From Salpingoeca rosetta (lineage: Eukaryota > Protista > Choanoflagellata), in assembly GCA_033442325.1 (NCBI GenBank), contig JAWQFM010000018.1, forward strand, positions 992,675-1,056,674: a stretch of DNA of 64,000 nt. Reading direction: 5' to 3'. Position 1 is the first letter of the stretch. The number at the start of each line of letters is the position of its first letter. This document shows positions 34,620 through 48,474 of this stretch, in pieces. The notes under the pieces are model-generated. The model was given only the letters and a program-made list of their open reading frames with translations, did not search any database and was not told the DNA's origin. The translations under genes were made by a program, and so were the position numbers.

Positions 34620-35973
34620 CTCACGCGTGATTATTCTAGGAGGATCCGTCGATCAAGTGGGCCGCAAAATGGAAGCACTGCGCCGTGTCGTCGCAGCCGC
34701 TACGAGAACCCATAGTCGCATGTGAACTGGGACAGCTGTTCAACAAAGAGGACCTGATGAAGGCGTTATTGGCCATCAAAGACAAGTCCATGGAGCGGCC
34801 AGCGGAGCTGAAGCACGTGAAGAAGCTCAAGGACGTGCACGAGCTCAACCTCAGACCCGTCACGCATTCGTCGTCCTCGTCATCCACCCGCGTGCGTGGC
34901 GTGGGCCTGGATGATGATCAGGAGGTGCAGTTTGAGTGCCCCATCACGGGCGTGCCAATGAATGGCCGCCATCGCTTCGTGTATCCCGTGACATGCGGTT
35001 GCGTCATCTCCGAACGTGCTCTTCGCGAGATTCCCACAGCCACCTGCCTCGTGGTAAGTTGCCTTTGTATGCATGTGTGGATGGGACGGGCTGATACGTG
35101 AATGCGAATGTGTGTCAACATAAATTTGTGTGTGTGTGTGTGTGTGTGCCTCTGTATCCTTTGTTTTGTCTACCTGTGCGCCTGTGCATCCACACACTCA
35201 CATGCAAGTGTTATAACTGTTGTGTGCACCTCATAGTGCAGCAAGCCGTTTACCGCGGAAGACATTGTTGTGCTAAATCCAGAGCAAGAGGAGATGAAGG
35301 AGATGGCCCTCAACATGAAGGCACGCAGGGAACGCGCAAAGGCTGCCAAGGTGCTTTGTGTGCGTGTGTGTCTGTGTCTGTGTCTGTGTCTGTGTGTGTG
35401 TGTGTGTGTGTGTCTGTGTGTATGTGTGTGTCTGTGTCCGTGTGTGTGTGTATGTGTGTGTGTGTGTGTCTGTCTGTCTGTCTGTCTGTCTGCCTGTCTG
35501 CGTCTCTGCCTGTCTGCGTCTCTGTCTGTCTGCGTCTCTGTCTGTTTGTTGTGTGTGATTCGATGAGTGTACATAGCCGTTGTTCATGCGTGTGCACAAT
35601 CATGGTTTTGTTTTGTCTCCTCTCACGCACCTCTCGTCACCAACAACAACCACCGCATCCCCACATCCACAACAGAAGGCCGCCAAGTCGGCCGGAGCAC
35701 CAGCACCCTCGTCATCATCGTCGTCATCAGCAGCACAACAAGCGGTAGCGGGTGAAGATGGTGACAAAGACGGCACCAGCGCTGGGAACGGGTTTACGCG
35801 TGAGGAGATGGAGCGGTTCCGACGGGAGGCGGAGGTGATCAAGCGCCGCGCGCGGCACGCAGACGAGCAGAAGAGGAAGCAGGCCAAGGTGAACGGTGGC
35901 AAACCGGCAGAAACATCCGCCACAGCAGACCTTGGACTCGACAGCGATGCCCTCAAATGGGCCCTCAGGTGTG

Positions 35974-36025
<52 letters not shown>

Positions 36026-36028
36026 CTG

Positions 36029-36085
<57 letters not shown>

Positions 36086-36633
36086 GCCTGTGTCTCTCTG
36101 TCTGTCTGTCTGTCTGTCTGTCTGTGTCTGTCTGTCTGTCTATATCTAGACTTTGCCAACATGTGTACTCGACGCTGGCGCCGTGCTTTGAACCAACACC
36201 CCTCCTCTTGATGCCCCCCCCCCCTTTCAGCTCCAAGAGCGTGGCACAGCGCCCTGGTGCCTCCGACACAATGAAGAAGCTTTTTCACTCAAGCTCAAAG
36301 CGGGTGCGTGCGTGCATCTGCGTCTGGGTCTGTGTCTGTGTCTGTGTTTGTCTGTCTGCCTTGTCTAACTGTTTGTCTGTCTGACTTGTCTATTTGCATC
36401 TTTATTATATCTTTCTCTGTCTTGTTGCCCATGCCTTTAAATGTGCTTCTTTCTCTCGCTCTAATTGTGCGCCTCTCTTCAATGTCCTTGTTTCTCGCCC
36501 TCTCTTTGCTCCTCTTGGCTCACACTTCCACTTCCCCCCGCCCGTTGCCTTTCCTCACTGCATGCAGGACATGAACCAATACAAGACGTTCACGTCACGC
36601 ACAGGCTACTCCATGTCGCACACGTGGGGTTGA
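34309..36633 (+). CDS. RTF2: Replication termination factor 2; ~6 exons
   Basis: [91 protein letters not shown]. Confidence 0.92.
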
Positions 36634-36883
36634 CCTGGATGCTGTTAATGTACTCTGTATTGCATTTCTGGCCTGATGATTTTGCTTTGTACCTGCCTGC
36701 TTGCTTGCTTGCGTGCTTGCTTTGTCGTTTGATCGTGCCATGTTGTAGCTGCAACGTAACTGCGAGGCCCTGCGTCTGCGTGTTTCGACACACCTGGTCC
36801 TCTGTACCATAAACTGCCCGAACGTCACATCAACACGCTTGTCGTGTTGGACAAAGCAACAACAAGAGTGTGTTGCATGGTTG

Positions 36884-37170
<287 letters not shown>

Positions 37171-37232
37171 CCAAAAACCAAGTCAATTTGTTTTCATATA
37201 CATAAATTTCCCAGGCCCCAATAACAAGAGTT

Positions 37233-37306
37233 GTTTCCGTGGTGTAGTTGGCTATCACATCAGTCTAACACACTGAAGGTCTCCGGTTCGAGCCCGGACG
37301 GAAACA
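37233..37306 (+). tRNA. tRNA-Val (anticodon AAC)
   Basis: Acceptor stem GTTTCCG/CGGAAAC; anticodon arm TCAGT-CTAACAC-ACTGA; T-arm CCGG-TTCGAGC-CCGG; no intron. Confidence 0.95.
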
Positions 37307-37315
37307 CACTCGTTC

Positions 37316-37323
37316 TTTTTTTT
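37316..37323 (+). terminator. RNA polymerase III oligo-dT terminator of tRNA-Val
   Basis: T-run about 10 nt after the tRNA 3' end. Confidence 0.7.
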
Positions 37324-38359
37324 GCTTTTGCTTTTGTTTTTGTTGGTGCTGACATGATGTGACGCATTCACCACACCACACCACACCACATCACACCCCC
37401 ATTTTCCACGACTTGTCTTCCTTGCTGTTTTGCCTGGTGGTGCGTTTACTACGACTGCTCTGCTGGTTCACTTGCAAGCAAGCAGGTGGGACGTGTGCGT
37501 GGCTCTACGTGGGGTGAAGCAGCACCAATTGCACCGTGCAGCGATGGTTTCGCGCACATGCGCGTCTCCTTTGTCATGCACATGTGAGTGAAGTGGTGAA
37601 GGGATGAAAACAAGGGGTGGTGACACGATCACCACAACCCAACCACAAACATGACGAGGCAACGAGACGCAGAGGGCAGCGAGAACCATCACCAACCACA
37701 CAACCACGCAACCGCACAACCACAACAGCGGGCAATGGCGAGGGAACAAAAACGCACGTGTTCGCTTGCTCAACACTCGTCGATGCTGTCAAGCAGCGCT
37801 CGGTTCTCACGCACTCACACACACCACACAGGCAATCATGGACAGTTGGAGTGGGTAGTCGTAGTCAACACTGTAGGACAATTCACGCACACACACACAC
37901 GCACACACGAAAACAAACAGAAACATCATACAGAAGCGCAGCACAAACACACACACACACACACACACACTCAAAAGGAGAATGCACAGTATGCGGGCGA
38001 TTGGAGATAAACACACGTGGGTTGACTCAAGGCACCGCACCACAAATGGGGCGCAAAAGGAAAGAAACAGGCAGCAGCAACAACAAAGCGTCAGCCGGCA
38101 CACATGAGACGAAACAAGGAAGAAACGCAGCACGTTCAGGAGATGCTGGTTGTGGAGAAGGATGGTTTGTTGGTTTGATGGGCAGCGTTGGATGCTTGCG
38201 TTGCGTTGCGTTGTTGTGATGATTGCGTTGGAGCAGAAGTGGAGTTGGTTGGATAAAAGCGAAGTGGGAGAAGGGTGGACCGAGTGCGAGGAGTGTGGTG
38301 CTACTCGTCTTGGGGCAAAAAGAAAAAGGGAGAAAGGGAGAGATAAGGGGGAGGGGGAG

Positions 38360-41300
38360 TTAGGCCTCGTAAAAGCGGACGAGGTCAACGTTCATCTGAC
38401 CAGCGGAGCCCGTGCTGTCAATGACGACAAACACGCCCTCGGAGGACGGTGCAGTGAAGGACATGGAGAAGCTGGTGAAGGTGCCCTGCGTGACATCGCC
38501 CGTGGTGACATCAATCGTGGCAAGCACGTCCTGCGACGTGGCAGACACAACAGCAATGGTGCCCTCAGAGAAGTCCTCATCCGCACGCCAGCCAATCATG
38601 GCCTCAACCGTGTAGGTCGCGCCGGGGGTCATGGAGAAGGACGACGGCTGTTGCAGCATGCTGGCAGTCTGGAAGAGGAAGGCAACGTTGTCGCCGCTGG
38701 GTGCACCGCCAGGGTAGCTGACAATGTCTGGGTTGAGCACGCCGGCAACGCCAGTCGTCACCCACCCGGAAATGTCGGTGGTGAAGTCGTTGTCGTTGGG
38801 GAGGTTCGTGGCCTCAAAGTCAGAGTTGCTCAGCACGTTGGGGTCGGCAGTCGTGCTCGTGGTCGTGGCAGCGGCAGTGGTGGTGGTGCCCTCCGTAGTC
38901 GTCGGGTTCAGGTTCGTGTTGACAAACACGTGGTCGATGTTCACCTGCCCGGTGCTGCTGGCGCCAATGAAGAGAAGCACAACGTTCTCGCCATCCACAC
39001 CACTCGGCGTCACAAAGTTGAGGTCGATGCGGGCAAACTCACCCGAGGCAACGTCGTTGCTCGTGTACGCGCCAGAGGCGAGCACCTCGTTGGTGTCCGA
39101 GGACGACACAAACACCTGCACGCCGTTGAAGGCGGTGTCGGCGCGACGGCCAATCCAGAAGTAGAACGACACGGGCGTGCCCTCGGAGAGCGTGTAGCCG
39201 GTCGTCTGCTGTGCACTCGCAGTGCCGCGCAGGAAGAGAACCTGGTTGCCGTCGGGCGCATCCGTGGCAAAGTTGACGCCGGTGGTGGGGCGGAACACGC
39301 CAGAGGTGCCGGACAGCGTCCAGCCGGTGGCGCTGCCAGAGAAGTCGCCATCAGCAGCAAGCGACGGCAGCTCAAAGCTCGGGTTTGTGGCGGCGCTCAC
39401 CTGCGGTGTGGTGGTGGTCGTCGTCGTGGTAGTTGTCGTGGTCGTGGTGGTGGTGGTGGTTGTGGTTGTGGTTGTGGTGGTTGTGGTTGTGGTTGTGGTT
39501 GTGGTGGTTGTGGACTGGGTCGTGGTCGTCGTGGTGGTGGTCGTGGTGGTGGTCGTTGTTGTTGTTGTTGTGGTGGTGGTGTCAGGGTAGGCGCGCACAC
39601 GCACGTCGTCGACGTTGACCTGACCGGCGGCGGCGGCGCCGCCAAAGCTGAGCACGAGGGCCTCGTTCGTCACACCCTCGCCAACGGTGCCGGAGAAGGA
39701 GAACGACATAAACTCGCCCTGCACAACGTCACCGCTGTTGATCTGTGTGGAAACAATCTGGGTGCCGAGCTCCGTGAAGAGACCAACAACGAGGCCGTTG
39801 AAGGGCAGGTCGCTGCGCCAGCCAACGGAGAGGGACAGAGACACCTCGTCGCCCTCAGACACAGACAGGGTCAGGTCGGTCGACTGCTGGGCAACTGCGC
39901 CAGAGCGGAGGTAGAGGCACTGCACGCCGTCAGGCACGCCGCCAGCATAGTTGCTGGAGGTGGGGAAGTACACGCCAGCGTCGCCGCCAAGGGACCACGA
40001 CGTGGCCTCGGTGGTGAAGTCCCCCGCAGCCGTGAGTGCGGGGCTCTCAAAGCTGCCGTTGTCCAGGGCATTGGGCTCCTCGGTTGTGGTGGAGGAAGAC
40101 GTGGAGGACGAAGTCGACGAGGACGTGGAGGTCGAGGTCGATGTCGAGGTAGAGGATGTCGTGGACGTGGACGACGATGTGGATGTGGAGGAGGAGGTTG
40201 AGGTGGAGGTGGACGATGAGGTGGAGGTGGACGAGGAAGTCGAGGTGGAGCTGGAGGTGCTGGTGGTGTAGAGGGCGTCGCGCTTGCAGACGTAGCCACG
40301 GCGCAGGGTGCACTTGCGGTCCTCCCACTCGCCCTGCGGGGCACCAGCGCCGTCGCGCACGTTGAACAGGATGCAGTTCTCGCCAAAGTTGCGTGTTGGC
40401 TCACCGGGGGCATAGGGGGTCACGTCTGGGTTTGGCTCGCTGCCATCGGTCCACTGCAGGCCTGGGGAAAACTCCGGGAAGAAGCCGCCAATCCACAGCT
40501 CGTTGTTGGTGGTGGAGTCCAGGGAAAGCCAGAACACAAACTCGTGCTCCTCAGCAGTCAACACCGACACAAGGTCGCCATTGAGGTCCAGGCAGCCCTG
40601 GTGGGCATCGTCAAACACTTCCTTGTCCTCAATCACAATGTAGTCCTTCTCCATGTAGCGAGTCCATCCTGTGGTGAGAGAGGGGCGTGGGTGTGAGAAA
40701 GGGAAAGGGAGTGTGTGCGTGTGTGTGCGTGTGTGTGCGTTTGTGTGTGTTTTTTGTGCGTGTGCGTTTGTGTGTGTGTGTGTGTGTGTGTTGTGTGTGT
40801 GCGCGCGCGTGTTTTGTGTATCAATAAAAATGCACGTGCGTGGGCATGGGTGGAAAGAACAGAGGTAGCACGGAACGTTGTGAAAAGCAACACACGAGTA
40901 ACACAGGCGCGCACGCGCGTACCATCGTGGGTCTTGAAGAATGTTGAGGTCGAGGTGGATGTGGATGTGGATGTGGAGGTTGAGGAAGACGTGGACGTGG
41001 ACGAAGACGTGGATGTCGAGGACGAGGTGGAGGTGGAGGTGGAGGAAGAAGAGGAGGTGGAGGAAGATGTGGACGTGGAGGACGACGAGGATGTGGTGGT
41101 TGAGGACGACGACGAGGTTGAGGAGGAGGAAGAGGTTGAGGAGGAAGAGGTCGTGGACGTCGATGAAGACGTGGACGTGCTGGAGGAGGAGGAGGTGGAG
41201 GACGAAGAAGAGGTGGAGGTAGAGGAGGAGGTGGATGTTGAGGAGGAGGTGGAGGTGGAAGATGAAGAGGACGTTGTGGAGGAGGAGGATGTGGAGGTGG

Positions 41301-42599
41301 AGGAAGAGGTGGAGGTGGAGGAAGACGAGGACGTGGAGGACGATGAGGACGTGGATGAGGACGAAGACGTGGACGATGTGGTGGATGTGGAGGTCGACGA
41401 CGAGGACGATGTGGAAGTGGAGGTGGAGGTAGATGTGGAGGTGGAAGAGGAGGTTGTTGAGGATGTCGATGTGGAGGAGGAGGAGGACGTGGACGTGGAC
41501 GTGGACGTGGTGAAGGTTGAGCGGCCGCAGAGGAAGGCGCGGAAGGCCTCACAGTCGCGGTCACCCCACATGCCGGTCTGTGTGCCGTCCTTGAGGCGAA
41601 TGTCGTACAGGACGCACAGGCCGCTGTTGTCTGGCTCCGAGGGGAGGTAGGGCAGCTCGTAGTCGGGGGCGTCGCGGCCGTTGACCCAGTAGAAGTCGCG
41701 GGTGGTTTCGTCGTACTTGCCGCCAATCCACACCTCGTTCACGGGTGCTGTCTCATACAGGAAGTTGGAGATGAACATGTTCTCCTCGAGGTCGCGGATC
41801 GAGGCAAGGTCGGCGTCCAGACCCAGGCACACGTCACGTGCAGCGTCAAACTGCAGCTTGTTACCTTCGCCAAACACCTGGAACTCAAAGTTGTTGTGCT
41901 GCACCCAGCCTGTGTGTGTGTGTGTGTGGTGGGGTGGGGGGGGTGTTGTATCCTCGGCATTCTGTGACGACCACATATCATCCCAGTGATCTACCTTCAC
42001 GCGGGGCTGTTCAAGAGCGGAAGACTTACTGTAACTTTGCGCGGCCGTGAGTAATCTTGAGATTACGTAAAGCTAGAGCGGTCTTCATAGTGGTCTATGA
42101 TTGAGGGGAAAGTGCTTGGTACCTATGAGAAGTGGCACTACATAGATCGCATTCGTAAATAACATTCTACACCTGTTCAGTACGCTCGTCCTGGTCCCAG
42201 GATTTCGTTGCGGGATCCCATGTCATGGAGAGTTCGCTCACGGTAGGCTACGGCTTACCAACGTATCCGTCTCTGGCATCACTTGTGGATGAAATATCGC
42301 ATACTGTAGTCTACGGAAAATGCTGATCCCGCCGTAAGAGCGCCTTTTTTTGCACTCCAGGGATATTACATTGAACAAATTTGCATACACTTTTGAGGAA
42401 GTTAATCATCTTACAACACCCCACATCTCCTTCGTCCACCCAACGAGTATAGACTAAAGTTTTTTGTCCCCGCACCCACCTTTTTTTTGTTTTTTTGTGT
42501 GGGGGGGGGGGGGGGGTGATTGGTTGGATGATGGGATGAGCGTACAGCAAGAGATGGGATGACCAAAGTGAGTGAGTGACTGACTGTGCGTGTGTGCGT

Positions 42600-42634
<35 letters not shown>

Positions 42635-43598
42635 CGTGTGTATGTGTGGATATGGTATTTGTGAACGAAGGAAATGCACAGGATGATGCACGTGGTGAAG
42701 GACACTGGGCAGGAGACGAACCGTCGGGGGAGATGACAAAGTCGGTAGTTGTGGTCGTGGTCGTGGTGGTCGTTGTCGTGGTGGTCGTGGTCGTGCTGTT
42801 TGGTGCATTAGATTCACAGGGTTGGTGTGAGAGGCGTACAGGAAAAGACAGTGGAACAAGCAAGCTAGGGGGGGGGCAAGGATGACAGGGTTTCCTTCAT
42901 GCATGCATGCGTGCATGCATGAACACGTGCAAGCAAGCGAGCGTGGAAAATGAAGGAGGAAGCCTTGAGGCGCACATATGACACGAGAGGCCAGTCATAT
43001 CCAACACAAGCAACCCGCACTACAGATTGTCAGCCACTTACTCGAGGAAGGAGGTGAGGGAGCAGTCATCAATGTACGCGATCTTGCCGGTGGTGTTGCT
43101 GGAGAAGCCGACACGAATGGGAACGCCGTGTTCAGAGAAGGTGGCGGTGAACTCGGTGGAAAACTGGTACAAGACACCGTTGTCGACGTCAGCATCGACA
43201 ATGGTGGTGCTTGACAGCACGGCGTTGTTGTCGTCGCGGCGAAGCTGCATGGAGACGGTGCGCATGTCGGGCCCCTCGTTGTCGATGGCCTCGCCAACGT
43301 AGCAGGAGAAGCGGTACGTGCGGCCAGAGGTGAACAGGTCATCCAGGCTCTGGTAGAAATCAACGTCGTCCCTCTTCACGATACCGGAGACGAAGGTACC
43401 ATCGGGGATGACATCGTCTGTGAACAGGCCAGCGCCGGTAACGTTGAATGTCCTGACGCGGGTACGCACGCCTTCCATGACCCATCCGGTGAGATCGCCT
43501 GTCTCGAAGCTGGGGTTGGTCAGGGTGATATCGACGGGCTGTGCGCCGGCGAGGGCGACAGCGGCCAGCAGCAGCGTGGCTGCTGCAAACACGCGCAT
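38360..43598 (-). CDS. Secreted mucin-like protein: signal peptide, CBM4/9-like domain, two C-type lectin-like domains, Ser/Thr tracts, three more CBM-like repeats (~1308 aa, 4 exons)
   Basis: Exons 43598-43042, 42795-42722, 41909-40923, 40668-38360 join in phase. CTLD motifs: C...LASI/LVSV, WIGG, EPD/EPT, WGDRDC/WEDRKC. Four NxS/DFE repeats. No TM segment. Confidence 0.88.
41951..42455. other. Compositionally atypical, non-repetitive, non-coding ~500-bp block inside lectin intron 2
   Basis: No microsatellites and near-even base usage, unlike the other introns here. No long ORF lies wholly inside it; several short hairpins are present. Confidence 0.7.
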
Positions 43599-45426
43599 GT
43601 TGATTGGCTGGTCTTCTTTTCAGAAGAAGAGAAGCACGGAGAGCGGAGGAGGATGGGAATAAAAGGGGGGGGGAGGGAGGGAGGGATAATGAGTTGGCCA
43701 AGGCGGAAGGTCGGAAGGAAGATCGCAACCCAAAACGGATAAGGCGTGTGATGCGATGAGGAAGACGTGTGAGTGGATGAGCGGCTCCGTGTGCGTGCAT
43801 GTGAGAGAGGGGGGGGGAAGGGTGATGGATGTCGAGCGGAGACAATGGATGTTGCTTTGTGTGGCGATAGCGCGAGCTGAGGAATCGTGGTGGGATCGAG
43901 TAGGCTTGGCACGGAAATGGCGATGCAAGCAAGCAAGCAAGAACAAGTGAAGCAAGCGAGAACAAGCAAGCAAGAGGGGGGGGGGTGAATGAATGAATGA
44001 ATGCAAGGCGATTCGTTCGTGTCCACACTCACCAATGGGTGGAAAAGCAAACAGTGGACTTGGCAAGCCGAGCGCTCGTGGTGCGTGCTTGCAAGCACAG
44101 GAAACGGGAGGAAAGGCTTGGCTGGCAAAAGTCGACAAGCAGGTGGGGTTGGACAGAGAAAGTGTGCATGTGTGTGCATGTGTGTGCGTGTGTGTGTGTG
44201 GGGGCGTGAGTGTGTGTGTGTGTGTGAGAGAGAGAGAGCGAGGTGATGCGTGTTGGGATGCGACTGCAGGTGTTGGAAGGTGAGGAGGCAACAATGTCAT
44301 TGGCGCGAAGAGAGGCTGAGTGGAAGGAGGACGACGGCCAATGTGACAACGGGAGGGAGGACGGGCGTGACAGAGCCACCAAAGGCCACGCTCACACACA
44401 AGCAAGCAAGCAAGCAAGCACACCAGGTCAAACACAAGGGGAGTTTTGCGCAGAGGATGGATCATTCGGGTGGGGCCTTCCCCCATCCGTCCATCCCATA
44501 TGCGTGTGGGATGGGATGGGATTGCAGCCAAGAGCCGCGCCCGCTCTCTGCGGATGCACTCACCAGGTGGAGAGAGGGGAATGTGGGTCTGCGCTGGACC
44601 AAGGCTTGGGACGCACTCTATGGGTGCGTATGCGGAAGGAAGGATGGAGACGTGATGAGAGTGGGAGAGAAAGCAGCAGACCGGCAGAGCAGCAGAGCGG
44701 CAGAGAGAGAGGAAGGGTGGGTCACGGAGTCAAGTCGCGTGTGAGGTGTGTGTGTGTGTTTGATGGTAGTGAGGCAAAACACAACACACGCTTTGCTTTT
44801 CTTGCTTTGCTTCAGTGCTTCCTTATTCTGTGAGTTTTGTTGCCTGCAAGCACGCACGACACAAAACAATCACGCAACAAAGCAAAGGCGGCGAGGCACA
44901 CGCACACAACGCCGTGCGCACTGACGCAGGGGCGAGTTAAGTTTTGCAGTGAGCGCGCCGCGCCTGCACCAAATCAGTGACCCTCCCCACTCAATGGGTG
45001 GTCGCGCGCGATTGATGAGAAAAAAAATTATTGTTTTGTGGTGCTTGGAAGGAAAGACACCGCAAGATTTTCGTGAAATGGCGACTGGCCGTTTGCATGC
45101 AGGCAACAACGCCGATGATTCGTGGACACCTTCCACGATGACTCGCTACGCTCTTCAACGCCACTTGGTAGGAGTCATCGGTGCTTCGTTGATACGATGT
45201 CGTCAGGTGGCGAATGCGAAAGCTGGTGGTTGTGTCGGATACAGAGAAGAAGCAGAAAGACGATGCATACCCACAGACACAGACATCCACTCCCACACAC
45301 ATACACTCACACTCACATACACTCACACTCACACTCACATACACTCACACTCACACACTCACATACACTCACACTCACATACACTCACACTCACACTCAC
45401 ATACACTCACACTCACACACACCGCC

Positions 45427-47038
45427 ATGTTGGCGGAGGAAGAGCAGCAACCACAGGTGCCGTCATACCTGCGACGACGTGCATCATCGCAGGAAGCATC
45501 ATCAACAGCGACCAAAGCACGGCGCCGCCACACAGCACATGGTCAGCACACCAACAACACCGACACGGACACCAGCCACGCCTGGATCAACATCAAGGTA
45601 TTCGGAGAGATTGTGAGCGTGCATGTGTGCATGTGCATGTGTGTGTGTGTGTGTGTGTTGGAGTTGTTGAAAAGACGCGTTGCATGCAACACGCACACAC
45701 ACACACACACTCATGCACACACATGCACACACATGCACGCACACACACACACACACACTCTCTCTCTCTCCCTCTCTCCCTCACGCACACACACACACAC
45801 TCTCTCTCTCCCTCTCCCTCACGCGCGCACACACACACACACACGCACGCCCAGGCCGATGAAGTGCCATCGCTGAGGACGGCGGTGTGCTATTCCAGCA
45901 GTGGAGCAACAGAGACTCCCGATGATGTTGCCACCACCGTGCAAGCGGAGGACGCAGATGCGGTGCTTCGCCGCATCCAGGAATGCCTGCCCTCGATCAA
46001 TCTACAACAACAACAGCAACAAACTGAGGCACATGCGCAACGCTCGCAAGCACGAAACAAACATGCAACCCCACGTCGGCGTCACGCAGCAGCTGTGCCA
46101 ATCGTGCCCATCCGCATCCCACAGGCCTGTTCTGCCAACTCTGTGAATGACGACACAGCATCACAACAAACGCACCCAGCAACGACCGCACAGGCATCAC
46201 CGCCTATTGGGGACCAAGCACTCTGCGTCTCCCTTGACCTGCACACCATGGCTGCGGAGTCGGATGTTCCAACGATGGTGAGTACCATCAAATGGACATC
46301 TGGCCATCCTAACTCTCATACTGTCATAGATCATCAGCCAACACACGCACACAGGCACACACACACACATACGCACACATGGCATGCCTTGTGGCATTGC
46401 GGCCTTGTGCATTCCCCTCTCCCCCGATCCTCTCTCGCACGCTCCATTCACCACGTCACGCATTGCCCCAAGGTGCTGTTAACACGTCCATTTTGCCTCC
46501 GACACTTGTTCACTTTATTATTTGTTGACATGATGTGGCTGGCGCGCTCAATTTAATAGCAACGCTCCCACCAGCCCGAACTGTTGATCTTCCCGCATAT
46601 CACGGATACGCCAAAGGGAATGCTCGCAGCGCTCCAAGCACTCAAGGTACAGCGTGCTCGTGCGCTAGTGCTGGCGAGACAGAAGAGTTTGTGTCACAGC
46701 ACAGGGAGCACACGAGCACAGAGCAGAGGTTCTGTTGGCTGCGGGGGGGGGGGTCAAAGAGCACGAGAGGAGGAAGGCTTTCGTGCAAGCGATCAGATTT
46801 CCGGACAACTCATGTCTTTCGAAAACCACCCAACAGGAGCAAGTCGATGGGGCGATTTCTGGCACACAGGACCAAGCACCACCCATAGCTTGTCTGGTCA
46901 TCACAAGCGAAGACAGGTGCCGTCCTTCTGACAACTTGCTTGACGGTGCATACCATGCGACACCGCGTGCAACAGTACAGCCACACACACACACACACAC
47001 ACACACACGCAAGACACACACACACACACACACACGCA

Positions 47039-47128
<90 letters not shown>

Positions 47129-47575
47129 GTACACACACACGCAAGGCACACGAACTTTTTGTCTAACCGACACGTTTGTGCTGCCCTTGTTCGTCTCCCA
47201 ACTGTAGGATCCCTGCGTTGTGGGAAGGGGCATTCGAGAAGCTTGAGGCGTGGGCGCAGAGGCAACGCGTGTTGCTGACGGTGTGCGAAGGAAACAACGA
47301 TGCCCAGTTTCGCGCAAGCATCCTGCACGCAACATACTTTGCTGTCAAGCGACACAGGTCTGCTGAATGTGCGTTTGTGTGTGTGTGTGTATGTGTATGT
47401 GTGTATGTGTGTATGTGTGTGTGTGATTTGTGTCGATGCATGTGCGTGTGCGGGTGCTGGTTAGCACACGCCCCTGCCACAATGCAACAAACTCTGCCGC
47501 ACAAGCGGCAAGTCACACCACATTCACTCAAACCAAGACCTTCGACACACACACACACACACTCTCTCTCTCACC

Positions 47576-47629
<54 letters not shown>

Positions 47630-48439
47630 CACACAGAGGATGGTCGTTCGAGGAAGCCGCGGTCCTGCCAGATGCATGCCGTCAACAACAACAGAATGGA
47701 GCACGGCACCACCAGATGCTCGCAGCGAGACGCGAGAGCAGACTGCCGGCACTCCAGCGCACACCGCTTCCCCTCGCCACCATCAAAGGTGTGTCTATAT
47801 ATATGTGTGTGTGTGTGTTTTCCTTTTGTGTGTGTATGTGTGTCTTTGTCCATGGCTTCAGAAGCTCTTTCCTTAGCTCATCATGCCTCATGCCTGCATT
47901 GCGTTCATCCACCCTAACCCATATCGCCCTACCCCACGCTGGCTTACTGTTGTTTCGTGATACCTTCTGGCCACCAAACCCAATAGAGGGCTGGCTGTAC
48001 AAGCACGAGGTTGGAACACGTACGCTCTTGCGTCGCGCATGGAAGAAACGCTTTTTCCGCCTCGAAGGCAACGTCCTCTCCTTCTACAGGTCTGGCTGGC
48101 TCTACGCATGCTCACGTGCACTTTTGTTTGTGTCTGTTTGTCTGTCTGTCTGTTTGTTTGTTTATGTGTGTGTCTGTGTGTGTCTGTGTGTGTCTGTGTG
48201 TGTCTGTGTGTGTCTGTGTGTGTCTGTGTGTGGATGTGTGTGTCTGTGTGTGTCTGTGTGTCTGTGTGTCTGTGTGTCTGTGTGTGCCTGTGTGTCTGTG
48301 TGTGTCTGTGCCTGTGTCTCTGTCTGTCTGTGGTTGTGCAACACGCCTCCATGCATCCAGACAGACACTCGCCTCACATGACACATGCCTCATCTCACAT
48401 GACACACAACACACTACACATGTGTGAACCCCCTCCCCA

Positions 48440-48474
<35 letters not shown>

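Noticed and set aside
38150-41650. Long plus-strand ORFs (683 aa, 311 aa)
   Set aside because: Antisense to the lectin-mucin gene; the VEVD-rich translation mirrors Ser/Thr codons.
41951-42455. Known RNA family (RNase P, tmRNA, group I/II intron, snRNA) or a transposase remnant
   Set aside because: Only fragmentary motif resemblances (gaggggaaagtg, cggctta) without the required context; no ORF and no TSD.
38360-43598. Assigning the gene symbol rtls (Rosetteless)
   Set aside because: The architecture is only similar. As I recall rtls has at least seven introns, against three here, and I cannot verify sequence identity.
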